DNA of 64,000 nucleotides from a virus. Below the pieces are notes generated by a model. That model was not told the DNA's origin and ran no database searches. It saw nothing but the letters and a program-made list of their open reading frames with translations. The DNA lies in IMG/VR virus record IMGVR_UViG_3300017766_003354, positions 64,001 through 128,000 of that record; one strand, written 5' to 3'. Positions within the stretch are counted from its first letter, which is position 1, and every line of letters starts with the position of its first letter. This document shows positions 26,874 through 35,383 of this stretch, in pieces. A program made the translations under genes and the position numbers.

Positions 26874-28861
26874 GCGCCATTTTCACACTCCAGTCCATCA
26901 ATCAATTCCGAACCAACATCAAACATAGAATCAATAGGCTTGACTCTTTTGATTTGTCGGTTGTATTCCTCTTCCGAGATTTCTTCCAAAGGAGCTTGGA
27001 CGAACCCGTGCTTGGAGTGCATTAGGAAGCTGAGAGTCTTCATATTTTTATCATAATTCTCGCTCATCCATGTCTTAATCGCGCCAAGCTCTTCTGGCTT
27101 ATAATAAACCGTTACCGAAACAGAATTATCTGCCCAAATTTTCTGAAGCTTTTTGGTAAGTTCGAGTTGATCTACTGCCCCCATTTGATCAGCCGTAATT
27201 GTGGAAGGTTCAAATTCGCACGGGAATTCAATAACAGTCATTCCATAATCTTCACTGCTGTCAAAGCGCCGAACGTATTCGGTCTTGTAGCCAGCGTCAC
27301 GACAAAGTTTAACCAAAGGATCAGAACTGGCCATTCTCACCCTACGAATGAGATAACGAGAATAGGCGGGATGAACCCCAGAAGTCGCCCCTCCAAGAAG
27401 GGATAGTGTGCCAGAAGGTTTCACTGTCGTCAATTTGATGCTTTCGGGGATCGCTAATTGCATGCTCCAAGACTTATCGAACATTTTAAGCTCTCTGTAG
27501 CACTCGTCCAACCACTCCAACTTATCCAAAGCCTGACAAACACCAGTAACTCCTAGGCCAATGCGGCGATTCTTTTTGACAATTTTATCTGTCTTTTCGT
27601 AAAGCGCGGGCAAATTCCATACGGCTTTTTGAGTCTTATAGAGAAGTTTGGCGCAATCAATTAACTGTTCTTTTGACTCGATATTATTGAGATACAATTC
27701 TGAAAGATTGCAGGCTTCTCCGTCTGCCAAAGTAATTTCAGCGCATGGATTTACGCCCTCACAGTTGTCCTTTTTCTCTTCTCCAATTCTGCCAAATTTT
27801 TGGCAAAGTTTCATATTGATGAATCCGTAAGGTTCTCCCTTAGCCATTCCAGTTTTTGGATCAATAGTATATCCATTCTCCCAAACCTCATTGCTGATAT
27901 GCGCGTAAGAATCAGCCTCAATGCTATTGTTTGATTTGCCTCTCCAATTTGGGATATCTCCATCGCTCCACTTTTTGGCCCTTAAATAAAGGTAGTCGTC
28001 AGGATCGCCAATTGCTATCTCTGCGCTACGTCTGACATTTCCCGCGACAACAATATCTCCAATGATATTATTAATATCCAAGACATCAACAGATCTTAGC
28101 TTCTTGCCTTCGCGATTGGTCAAAACTCCAGCAATAGATTCAAGACCCTCTACTAGAATTTGTGGACCGCTGGCCGTTCCTCCAAATCCTTGAATTGGTT
28201 CTCCAGCGCCTCTAACCAAAATAGTAGAATACGAAAACGACTTGCCTGTAACAAAGAACGACTGAATAACCTTTCTAAGCAATTCCACCCATCCTTGTCG
28301 AGAGTCTGGGACAATAAAATCTGCGTCTTTTTCTTTATTATGGGTAATGTGAACGCCGCGTTTTACTCTCGGAAGTTCGTGGATGTCTTCGCGGCGAACG
28401 GAAAAGCCAACTCCTCCACCAAGCATTAAATGTTCAAATACAAAACAAAAATCCTCGATCTCTCTCATCGAGACATACCAGCAATTAAGAAGGGACGCAA
28501 GGCCAAACCTATCCACCGTAGAGGTCCCCAACTGCCACAGCATTCGGCCAGCAAAATTACACTTGAGATTAAAGACCAAATCAAAGAGTCTTTGAGCTTC
28601 TTCTGGAGAATATTTTGCGCCAATCTTTTGTGCTCCATTAATACAACGGGCAACTGTCTGCCACCATTCTTCGCTTACTCCATCACAAATCTTTCTCGCA
28701 TAAGTCCTCTTATAAACAATATAGCCTAGTCCATTGAATCCCCATTTAGGGTTTGTTCCTTCATAAGGAGCAAGAAATTCCCTTGGCAGGATCTCTGAAT
28801 AACAATGCTTGTCCTTATATGCCCGCTCCTCTTGTAAAACCTCGTCCTTGATCATAGTCAT
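26858..28861 (-). CDS. nrdJ: class II (B12-dependent) ribonucleotide reductase
   Basis: YKRTYAR, GRMLW, NC, NVRRSAEI, NPCAEI, CNL, TTVKPSGT and C-terminal CENGACP; no small subunit nearby. Confidence 0.9.
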   Translation of the reverse strand: MTMIKDEVLQEERAYKDKHCYSEILPREFLAPYEGTNPKWGFNGLGYIVYKRTYARKICDGVSEEWWQTVARCINGAQKIGAKYSPEEAQRLFDLVFNLKCNFAGRMLWQLGTSTVDRFGLASLLNCWYVSMREIEDFCFVFEHLMLGGGVGFSVRREDIHELPRVKRGVHITHNKEKDADFIVPDSRQGWVELLRKVIQSFFVTGKSFSYSTILVRGAGEPIQGFGGTASGPQILVEGLESIAGVLTNREGKKLRSVDVLDINNIIGDIVVAGNVRRSAEIAIGDPDDYLYLRAKKWSDGDIPNWRGKSNNSIEADSYAHISNEVWENGYTIDPKTGMAKGEPYGFINMKLCQKFGRIGEEKKDNCEGVNPCAEITLADGEACNLSELYLNNIESKEQLIDCAKLLYKTQKAVWNLPALYEKTDKIVKKNRRIGLGVTGVCQALDKLEWLDECYRELKMFDKSWSMQLAIPESIKLTTVKPSGTLSLLGGATSGVHPAYSRYLIRRVRMASSDPLVKLCRDAGYKTEYVRRFDSSEDYGMTVIEFPCEFEPSTITADQMGAVDQLELTKKLQKIWADNSVSVTVYYKPEELGAIKTWMSENYDKNMKTLSFLMHSKHGFVQAPLEEISEEEYNRQIKRVKPIDSMFDVGSELIDGLECENGACPLR

Positions 28862-28901
28862 GTCTTTTACACATTCTAAGGCAAGAAAAAGATTTTAGCA
28901 A

Positions 28902-29230
28902 GAACTTTCTCAAAGAAAATTCTCGTCTGCGCCAGCCTACTATATGAAATCGAGCATCGCGAGATTTCACACATTGTAAACGCGCAACTGCATCGTATTT
29001 ACAGAGTCAATTGTTGTAGAATTTAATAAAGAATAGCTGAGTCTAATTATTCTGGAATGGAGAAATCAAACGAAACTTTTGCGAATCCTGATTTCGCAAT
29101 GCAAGGATAATTAGCGAAGCTTGCGTAGAACAAACGAAACTTTGGTTTACTGCTGTTCAAGCAAATTGGAAAGGCGAAACGGTAATTTAAATCGGGACAG
29201 GCGAAACTTTTGCGCATCCGTCCCGCTTCT
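28902..29230 (-). ncRNA. candidate structured non-coding RNA (alternatively a replication origin)
   Basis: Six consecutive hairpins in an interval with no credible ORF, directly downstream of a near-consensus promoter; three loops share AAAGUUUCG. Confidence 0.55.
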
Positions 29231-29236
29231 GTTTCA

Positions 29237-29264
29237 ATTATACAGACAATTTATTTCGTGTCAA
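29237..29264 (-). promoter_or_regulatory. near-consensus sigma70 promoter firing into the non-coding structured region
   Basis: TTGACA-N16-TATAAT with an upstream A-tract; no start codon follows. Confidence 0.75.
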
Positions 29265-29379
29265 GCTTTTTTTTTCAAAAATCTTCCATTATTTTCATTT
29301 CGCCGTCTTCCTTCTTAAATCTTCCACAAAATAAAGATTATACTGGGCGACCCAACGACTGTTTGAATCGCTTGTTATA

Positions 29380-29421
29380 GTGTAAAAAAGACTTGACTTT
29401 TCATAACTCGTTGACTATTAT
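29380..29421 (+). promoter_or_regulatory. tandem GTGTAAA motif and sigma70-type promoter for the dUTPase operon
   Basis: GTGTAAA at 29380-29386; TTGACT-N17-TATTAT, then 6 nt to ATG 29428. Confidence 0.7.
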
Positions 29422-29427
29422 AGCACA

Positions 29428-29862
29428 ATGTTGACGGCAACCGTTTCAAACCTTGATGGAATTCGACCTCCCGCGCACGCGGGCGATGTTGGATTTGACC
29501 TTATCGCAGCTTCGGAACCTCGATTCGTTGGCAATCCTCCGTCTATTCAATATGTTGAATATGATACAGAAGTAAGAATTAAGCCTCCAAAGGGCCACTT
29601 CTCTCTAATTTTCCCACGATCATCTATTTCTAATTATACTTTAGCTCTAGCTAATAGCGTCGGAGTTATTGATGAAGGCTATCGTGGAAACATAATAATT
29701 AGATTTCGCGTAGTCTATCAAACTGGAGAATTGAAATTTTATAAAAAGGGAGACAAAATTGCCCAACTGGTGTTTATGCCATCAGTTATCCCTACTCTTG
29801 TTGAGGGGGACGTAGATGAAACAGAACGAGGAACTGGTGCTTTTGGAAGCACGGGAAACTAA
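29428..29862 (+). CDS. dut: trimeric dUTPase
   Basis: All five motifs: GFDL, RSS, GVIDEGYRG, AQL, RGTGAFGSTG. Confidence 0.95.
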   Translation: MLTATVSNLDGIRPPAHAGDVGFDLIAASEPRFVGNPPSIQYVEYDTEVRIKPPKGHFSLIFPRSSISNYTLALANSVGVIDEGYRGNIIIRFRVVYQTGELKFYKKGDKIAQLVFMPSVIPTLVEGDVDETERGTGAFGSTGN

Positions 29863-29874
29863 TATTACAGTAAT

Positions 29875-30075
29875 ATGATTGGAAATCTAATAAGCAAAAC
29901 AATTAAAATAGTAACCCTACCTCTCGACGCAGCGAATGTCGGTCTAGACATCGCAACTGGAGGGAGCGGCTCAAAACGCAGCCGAACAAACTATAACGAC
30001 TGTAGCCCACTAGGAGATCTCGAACGCTTGCGTGACAAAATTGCAGAAGCGGCCAAAGAAATTGACGACAACTGA
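29875..30075 (+). CDS. hypothetical protein
   Basis: 66-aa ORF within the operon. Confidence 0.6.
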   Translation: MIGNLISKTIKIVTLPLDAANVGLDIATGGSGSKRSRTNYNDCSPLGDLERLRDKIAEAAKEIDDN

Positions 30076-30078
30076 ATT

Positions 30079-30681
30079 ATGGAAATTATCGCTGTATCAG
30101 GAATCGCCCGTTCTGGCAAAGACACATTCGCAGATTGCCTTGCGAAAGAAGTTTCCGACATGTTCCCCAACCTTAAAGTCCGAAGGGAGAGTCTAGCTTC
30201 CTTTCTCAAAGATGAAATGGCTGGGTTCTTGATGGAGAAATTCAATAAAGACATTTACTCGCTAGAAGGAGAAGAGAAGGAAAAGTTTCGACCTTTGCTT
30301 GTGGCGTATGGATTCGCAAAACGGTTGGATACAAAAGGAACCTACTTTACTTCTCTTCTCCAAAAAAAGATGGAGACGGAGAACGCTGACATATATATCA
30401 TTTCTGATCTTCGATATGCAGAATCAGAATCAGATGAACTTTCGTGGTTAAAGAATCAAGGAGGCAAGCTTATCCATATTCGTCGCTACAATATAAAAAA
30501 CGGCCAAAAACAATACATCAAACCCCCAAATTCTGACGAAAAGAAGAACGATCCTCTTCTCGAAAAGAATGCCGACTTCCATATTGATTGGGAATCTGCT
30601 TCTTCTCCACAAGAACTAAATAAAGAGGCTTCTAGATATTGCCAAAACTTCATCCATCAGAACATCAAGCTTTTCCTATGA
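30079..30681 (+). CDS. deoxynucleoside monophosphate kinase
   Basis: SGIARSGKDT P-loop, KEKFRPLL, ISDLRY..E. Confidence 0.8.
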   Translation: MEIIAVSGIARSGKDTFADCLAKEVSDMFPNLKVRRESLASFLKDEMAGFLMEKFNKDIYSLEGEEKEKFRPLLVAYGFAKRLDTKGTYFTSLLQKKMETENADIYIISDLRYAESESDELSWLKNQGGKLIHIRRYNIKNGQKQYIKPPNSDEKKNDPLLEKNADFHIDWESASSPQELNKEASRYCQNFIHQNIKLFL

Positions 30682-31271
30682 GCGAATCAACCGATACAGA
30701 ACTAGCTTTCAAAGTTCAAAAGGTAAACGACGAAGAGGCCCTTGGGGAGTTGATTTCTAGGCATTCTGGTATATACGTTGATATGATTCGAAAGTTTGGT
30801 GGGAAGTCTCTTACTGAGAATCAGGTTGCAGATTTAATGGGAGAAAAGGATTTTAATATCTATAAAGCCGCGATTGAGTATAACCCAGATAAAAGCAAAT
30901 TCTCTACTTTCCTTGCCATCAAGACGAAGTATCTTTGCCTTACTAGCAAGACCGTAAATAAAAAAACTAACCACTTCGTTGACTTTGACGAAGAAAGCTT
31001 CCGATTAGCCTCGAACTCGGTTCCTCCAGACGAAGCCTCTGCTGATAATGAAATTATCGCAAAACTTTATTCAATAATTGACCGCCATCCAGATAAGCTC
31101 GTTAGGCAAATTTTCGAAGAGAGATACTTTTCAGGAAAGAACAACAAACTAAAATCTTGGAAAGAGATTTCCAAATCAGTGGGGCTTTCTATCCAAGGGG
31201 TAATTAACATTCACAACAGAACTCTTCCAGAATTTCAAAAACAACTACAACATGCAGAAATTACATTTTGA
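30678..31271 (+). CDS. phage RNA polymerase sigma factor (sigma70 family)
   Basis: Region 2-like IYKAAIEYNPDKSKFSTF and region 4 HTH SWKEISKSVGLSIQGV; start at the ATGA overlap (30678). Confidence 0.8.
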   Translation: MSESTDTELAFKVQKVNDEEALGELISRHSGIYVDMIRKFGGKSLTENQVADLMGEKDFNIYKAAIEYNPDKSKFSTFLAIKTKYLCLTSKTVNKKTNHFVDFDEESFRLASNSVPPDEASADNEIIAKLYSIIDRHPDKLVRQIFEERYFSGKNNKLKSWKEISKSVGLSIQGVINIHNRTLPEFQKQLQHAEITF

Positions 31272-32340
31272 TGGGCCGATCAATCCTCTGAGCTTGGGGA
31301 ATGTATCGTTTAATCTTCTCCGTGAAATGCGGAGAAAGAATATGGATATCGTTCTTTTCCCCACTGGAAATACGGCAAATTTTGAAGCCTTTGATAAGGC
31401 CGACCCAAAGTTGATTGACTGGATCAAGCAGAGCGGCTTTTCTCGCCTCAAGAGAATCGATAAGGACGCTCCGACTCTCAAGAACTGGCACATTAATGGT
31501 TCAGAGTCTAGGGTCGCTCCTAGACAGTTTCTATACACCTACTACGAAACAGACTCTCCCACCGAAGAAGAAGTTGCTCTAGTAAAAGCCCAAAACCACG
31601 TATTCTTTTCTTCTTCTTTTGCGGCGGATTGTTTTGAAAAAGCTGGTTGTGAGAATGTAAGTTTTGTTCCTCTCGGATTTGACGAGGACTTTCACATTAC
31701 AGGAAAGAAATTTCCAGATGAAGTTATTCATTTCGGGCTAATTGGCAAATTCGAACGGCGAAAAAATACTCGTCAAATCATTCAAACTTGGCTTAAAAAA
31801 TACGGCAACAATAACAAGTATCTTCTTACTTGCCTAGTCAATAATCCCTTCTTCAAACAAGAAGACTACCAAAAAATCATTTCTGATACTTTGGGCGGAA
31901 AGACTTGGAGTAATATTAACTTTCTCCCGACATTAGCTAAAAACTCAGAAGTAAATGAAGTTTTGAATGCTATTGATATTGATTTATCTGGATATAGCAA
32001 TGGCGAGGGCTGGGCGCTTCCAGCATTTAATGCTACGGCTTTGGGCAAGTGGTCAATCGTCTCGAATTATTCCGCGCACAAAGATTGGGCGACTGACAAA
32101 AATGCCATTCTAGTCGAGCCAATTGGAATTCAGCCTTGCTATGATAATTACTTCTTTCGGCCAAATCAACCATTCTCGCAAGGAAACTATTGCCAACTCA
32201 GTGAAGAGTCTCTAGTGGCCGCAATGGAAGAAGCAGAACGCCGAGCCAAAACAATTAACTCTCAAGGACTTCTTCTTCAAGAAAAGTTCACTTATAAGAA
32301 ATCAATCGAACAAATACTCCAAAAAATCAATGAAATCTAA
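31252..32340 (+). CDS. glycosyltransferase (GT4/GT-B)
   Basis: VPLGFD, GKFERRKN, GEGWALPAFNA. Confidence 0.8.
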   Translation: MQKLHFDGPINPLSLGNVSFNLLREMRRKNMDIVLFPTGNTANFEAFDKADPKLIDWIKQSGFSRLKRIDKDAPTLKNWHINGSESRVAPRQFLYTYYETDSPTEEEVALVKAQNHVFFSSSFAADCFEKAGCENVSFVPLGFDEDFHITGKKFPDEVIHFGLIGKFERRKNTRQIIQTWLKKYGNNNKYLLTCLVNNPFFKQEDYQKIISDTLGGKTWSNINFLPTLAKNSEVNEVLNAIDIDLSGYSNGEGWALPAFNATALGKWSIVSNYSAHKDWATDKNAILVEPIGIQPCYDNYFFRPNQPFSQGNYCQLSEESLVAAMEEAERRAKTINSQGLLLQEKFTYKKSIEQILQKINEI

Positions 32341-32758
32341 AATGCCAGACTGGTTTGTAAGAGAACACGATAAAGCCGTCGAAAATATAAAAATTGCCAA
32401 TGATGCTGAAAAATGCGGATTTACAAGAGATCAATTTATAGAATGCTCAAGTAAAATTTCTCAAATAACTGGCCGATCTGTATCGGAATGTGCAGATTCT
32501 CTTGTCTCTGTCTGTCGAGCATTTGATCGGGCGAGTTATAAGACTCAACACGCCTCCGAATCATTTGAGGAAATGAGAAAAACGATGCTTGCTCGCGCCC
32601 CTTTCTTATGTCGCTGGTGGCTCAGAACTCGCCCATGCAAAAAGGCTGTTCAATTGAATAACTATATTCCTGCTTGCGTAGAATTTTATGTTCCTTGGTG
32701 GGCTTGGCCGCTTGAGTTGACTCATAGACTAATTTTCGGAACCACTAAAATTCAATAA
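32330..32758 (+). CDS. hypothetical protein
   Basis: 142-aa ORF in the operon. Confidence 0.55.
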   Translation: MKSKMPDWFVREHDKAVENIKIANDAEKCGFTRDQFIECSSKISQITGRSVSECADSLVSVCRAFDRASYKTQHASESFEEMRKTMLARAPFLCRWWLRTRPCKKAVQLNNYIPACVEFYVPWWAWPLELTHRLIFGTTKIQ

Positions 32759-32759
32759 T

Positions 32760-33134
32760 ATGCCTCCGCTCTATACATATCTCAATGAAGAAACAGGGGA
32801 AGCAAAAGATGTTCTCCAGTCAATGAGTGAAAAACACGAATTTTTCGAAGATGGGGTTCAGTGGAAAAGAATCTTTTATGCGCCACAAATGTCAATCGAC
32901 ACAAAAGTTGACCCATATTCAGCAAAAGACTTCTCTAAAGCCACAAACAAAAAAGGAACAATTGGAGACATGATGGATCTATCCGCCGAACTCTCTGACA
33001 AAAGAGCGAATAAAGACGGAACCGATCCCGTAAAACAGAAACATTTCCAAGACTACGAGAAGAAAAATAAGAAAAAACATTTGTTAGATAAGCCGAAGGT
33101 TATTGAGAGTTCTTTTGCTAAGATTGAATTTTAA
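32760..33134 (+). CDS. FmdB-like protein without Zn-ribbon cysteines
   Basis: MPPLYTYLNEETGE...QSMSE...WKRIF..P follows the MPxYxY FmdB layout. Confidence 0.5.
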   Translation: MPPLYTYLNEETGEAKDVLQSMSEKHEFFEDGVQWKRIFYAPQMSIDTKVDPYSAKDFSKATNKKGTIGDMMDLSAELSDKRANKDGTDPVKQKHFQDYEKKNKKKHLLDKPKVIESSFAKIEF

Positions 33135-35383
33135 CATGGTCCGAGAGTTGTCGCAACAACAGTATCTCCAACAAGTCCATAATATTGAGTATAACGGTTG
33201 AGGGTAGAAGGCAAAACACTGGCGCAATTTTCTACTGAAACAAATTCTGCGCTCGCGTCAAAAATCCCATAACTACCAGCTTCTCTCACTCCAGACAAAA
33301 TATTACCGACATAACCCGAACAGCTTATTTCTTGATTGAATATTTTGTTAGGCTTTGAGGTATCTGATTCATAGCGAGGCGTTCTGATTTTAAATTGATA
33401 TTCATCATCCCCGCCTAAGAAGGTTTGATCTACAAACGAAACAATATAGTCTTCATTCTCCAAAACTTGAAATTGGTTAATCGGTGATATTCCATTGAAA
33501 GAAATCAAGTCTCCAGTTTGAAATTTATGAGGAGAAAATACAAACTCGCTACCACTTTCAAATCGGCAAAAATAACCAGTTTTTTCTTTCGTTAAGACTC
33601 TTGCTACTCCATTGATAATATCAATTGGAGAAAAAGACCAAGCACAAGAAATTGGATCACAAGATTTTGTCTCTTTGACAGCTATTTGAGTTGGTGTTCT
33701 ATCATATATGTAAGTGTAGTGAGGAGCCGTGCCATTCAATGGCCCCAGTCTGCCATAATCAAATTCACAAATATGATGAATTTGGTTGCCAATCATTAGT
33801 CCGCTAGTTGGATCAGTGATTCCCAAATATTTTCCGCTCACGATTCCTGTTATTGGATATGTTGCGTAGTAATGTTTTTTTCTTTTTTTGGCTGTGATTG
33901 AGTTCACTGTTATTGAAACAGGCGCAAATTCACAAGTCCTGTCCCATTCGTCCCCATCGACATTGGCATCTTCTTGGATGATTCTGCCAAAGCCACCATA
34001 ATTAAAGAAATGGGCGCGATATAGACTTTGAGTTTCTTGGCAATAAAGATTGCCGAGAATTGGTCCGACAGTTCTAAAAGAAGATGTCGTCCAAGTAGGA
34101 GAGTCATTTGAATAATTGCCAAGAGGAGGTGCATAAGACGGCCCAACAACTGGACCAGCAGGGCCGCCGTGGTCAATTGTTGCCGATCTATCCCCCCCTA
34201 ATTCTGGCGCGGGTTCAATGATATAGCCTTGTTGTGGGGCTTCGAAGAAGCCTGTTGCAGACGCCCAATTAGAACTTTTGGCACGATTATACCACGGGTG
34301 GAGATGAAAAGCGGTAGGTGTTGTATATCTTCCCTTCCAGAAATATTGACTAAACTCATCTTTCCATTGGGAGTTTATTTCAGAACCTGTAGGAGTGATC
34401 TTGTCGTAAAGAGAGAAAGGCAAATAGTCTTCTCCTCTTGAATTAAAATCCATGTTTAAAACAGAAACTTGCACAAGCCCCGCTCCTTCTCGACAATTAA
34501 CATTTCGAAGAGTCACGTTATATTTTGTCGAAGAACAGTCTCCGCTCTCATCGCCATAATAGCCACTACAATAACCAGTGACTTCATTAATTATTTTTGG
34601 GCTGTAAAGTTCTAAATCGCTATCCCTAGTTGACATTTCCCAAGTAGAAATATCTTGTTTATTGACGCACGCGCCCAAAGTAAAATCCCAAGAAATAAGA
34701 GGATGCTCATTTATGATCTCAAACTCAATATCAATTTCGTCACAATCGTTTCCAACGAGAAAACCAAATTGGTAAAATTGGCCAGCTTTTTGTTCTTCTG
34801 TCAGATCATTATAATCATCAGATCTTGAGTTATACCTAAAGCAACCCTCTTTCAAGTGTGGAGAAAAGCGAAGGCTAGAGTGTAGAGTATCCCCCCAGCC
34901 AAAAGAATATGGGGTGCTAGTAGAACATCCCACAGCATTGCCTGTCGGATCATAAGCAGGAATAATAAGAGACAAAGATGATAAATCACAAATGCCATCA
35001 TTATAGACGGCCAAAAATTCAGGATCTAAATCAACGGCATCTAAAACAACATCATTAATAACAAACCACCTTGAACTATCATAGGCAGGAAAGTTGGGAG
35101 AATATTGGCCAACAAAAAATTGATATTGCATTCCAGTAGCATAGTTACCAACGTAAGCGTTGCTTTGACACTGATCTATAACGTCAAACCAAGAAGAAGA
35201 ACCATAATCTTGCGTTTCTTCGTCACAACTGGCTCGTTTTAAATATGGCAACAAACTATTTACGGGTATTGCTTCGAACCTATTGGAAGAAGAATCTCCA
35301 GAAAATCTTATACCTCCGAAATGGACTGGAGGCAAAGTATAATCTGGAACGTCATTCAGATGTCTGACGGTATAATCTATCAT
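33131..35383 (-). CDS. large hypothetical virion protein
   Basis: 750 aa, rich in acidic, aromatic and Cys residues; coupled to the upstream fibre gene. Confidence 0.6.
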   Translation of the reverse strand: MIDYTVRHLNDVPDYTLPPVHFGGIRFSGDSSSNRFEAIPVNSLLPYLKRASCDEETQDYGSSSWFDVIDQCQSNAYVGNYATGMQYQFFVGQYSPNFPAYDSSRWFVINDVVLDAVDLDPEFLAVYNDGICDLSSLSLIIPAYDPTGNAVGCSTSTPYSFGWGDTLHSSLRFSPHLKEGCFRYNSRSDDYNDLTEEQKAGQFYQFGFLVGNDCDEIDIEFEIINEHPLISWDFTLGACVNKQDISTWEMSTRDSDLELYSPKIINEVTGYCSGYYGDESGDCSSTKYNVTLRNVNCREGAGLVQVSVLNMDFNSRGEDYLPFSLYDKITPTGSEINSQWKDEFSQYFWKGRYTTPTAFHLHPWYNRAKSSNWASATGFFEAPQQGYIIEPAPELGGDRSATIDHGGPAGPVVGPSYAPPLGNYSNDSPTWTTSSFRTVGPILGNLYCQETQSLYRAHFFNYGGFGRIIQEDANVDGDEWDRTCEFAPVSITVNSITAKKRKKHYYATYPITGIVSGKYLGITDPTSGLMIGNQIHHICEFDYGRLGPLNGTAPHYTYIYDRTPTQIAVKETKSCDPISCAWSFSPIDIINGVARVLTKEKTGYFCRFESGSEFVFSPHKFQTGDLISFNGISPINQFQVLENEDYIVSFVDQTFLGGDDEYQFKIRTPRYESDTSKPNKIFNQEISCSGYVGNILSGVREAGSYGIFDASAEFVSVENCASVLPSTLNRYTQYYGLVGDTVVATTLGPC

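Noticed and set aside
10995-28861. Inteins or group I introns in dnaE, dnaB, recA or nrdJ
   Set aside because: Protein lengths and motif spacing are normal and no splice-junction motifs were seen. The HNH at 37742 is free-standing.
28902-29230. Cobalamin riboswitch, tRNA, tmRNA, hammerhead ribozyme or CRISPR array upstream of nrdJ
   Set aside because: I could not find a B12 box, cloverleaf or T-loop, CUGANGA core, or regular repeat-spacer period. The region is kept as an unclassified structured element.
29121-29318. 65-aa plus-strand ORF in the structured region
   Set aside because: TTG start, no recognisable motifs, and it crosses the hairpins, promoter and T-tract; probably spurious.
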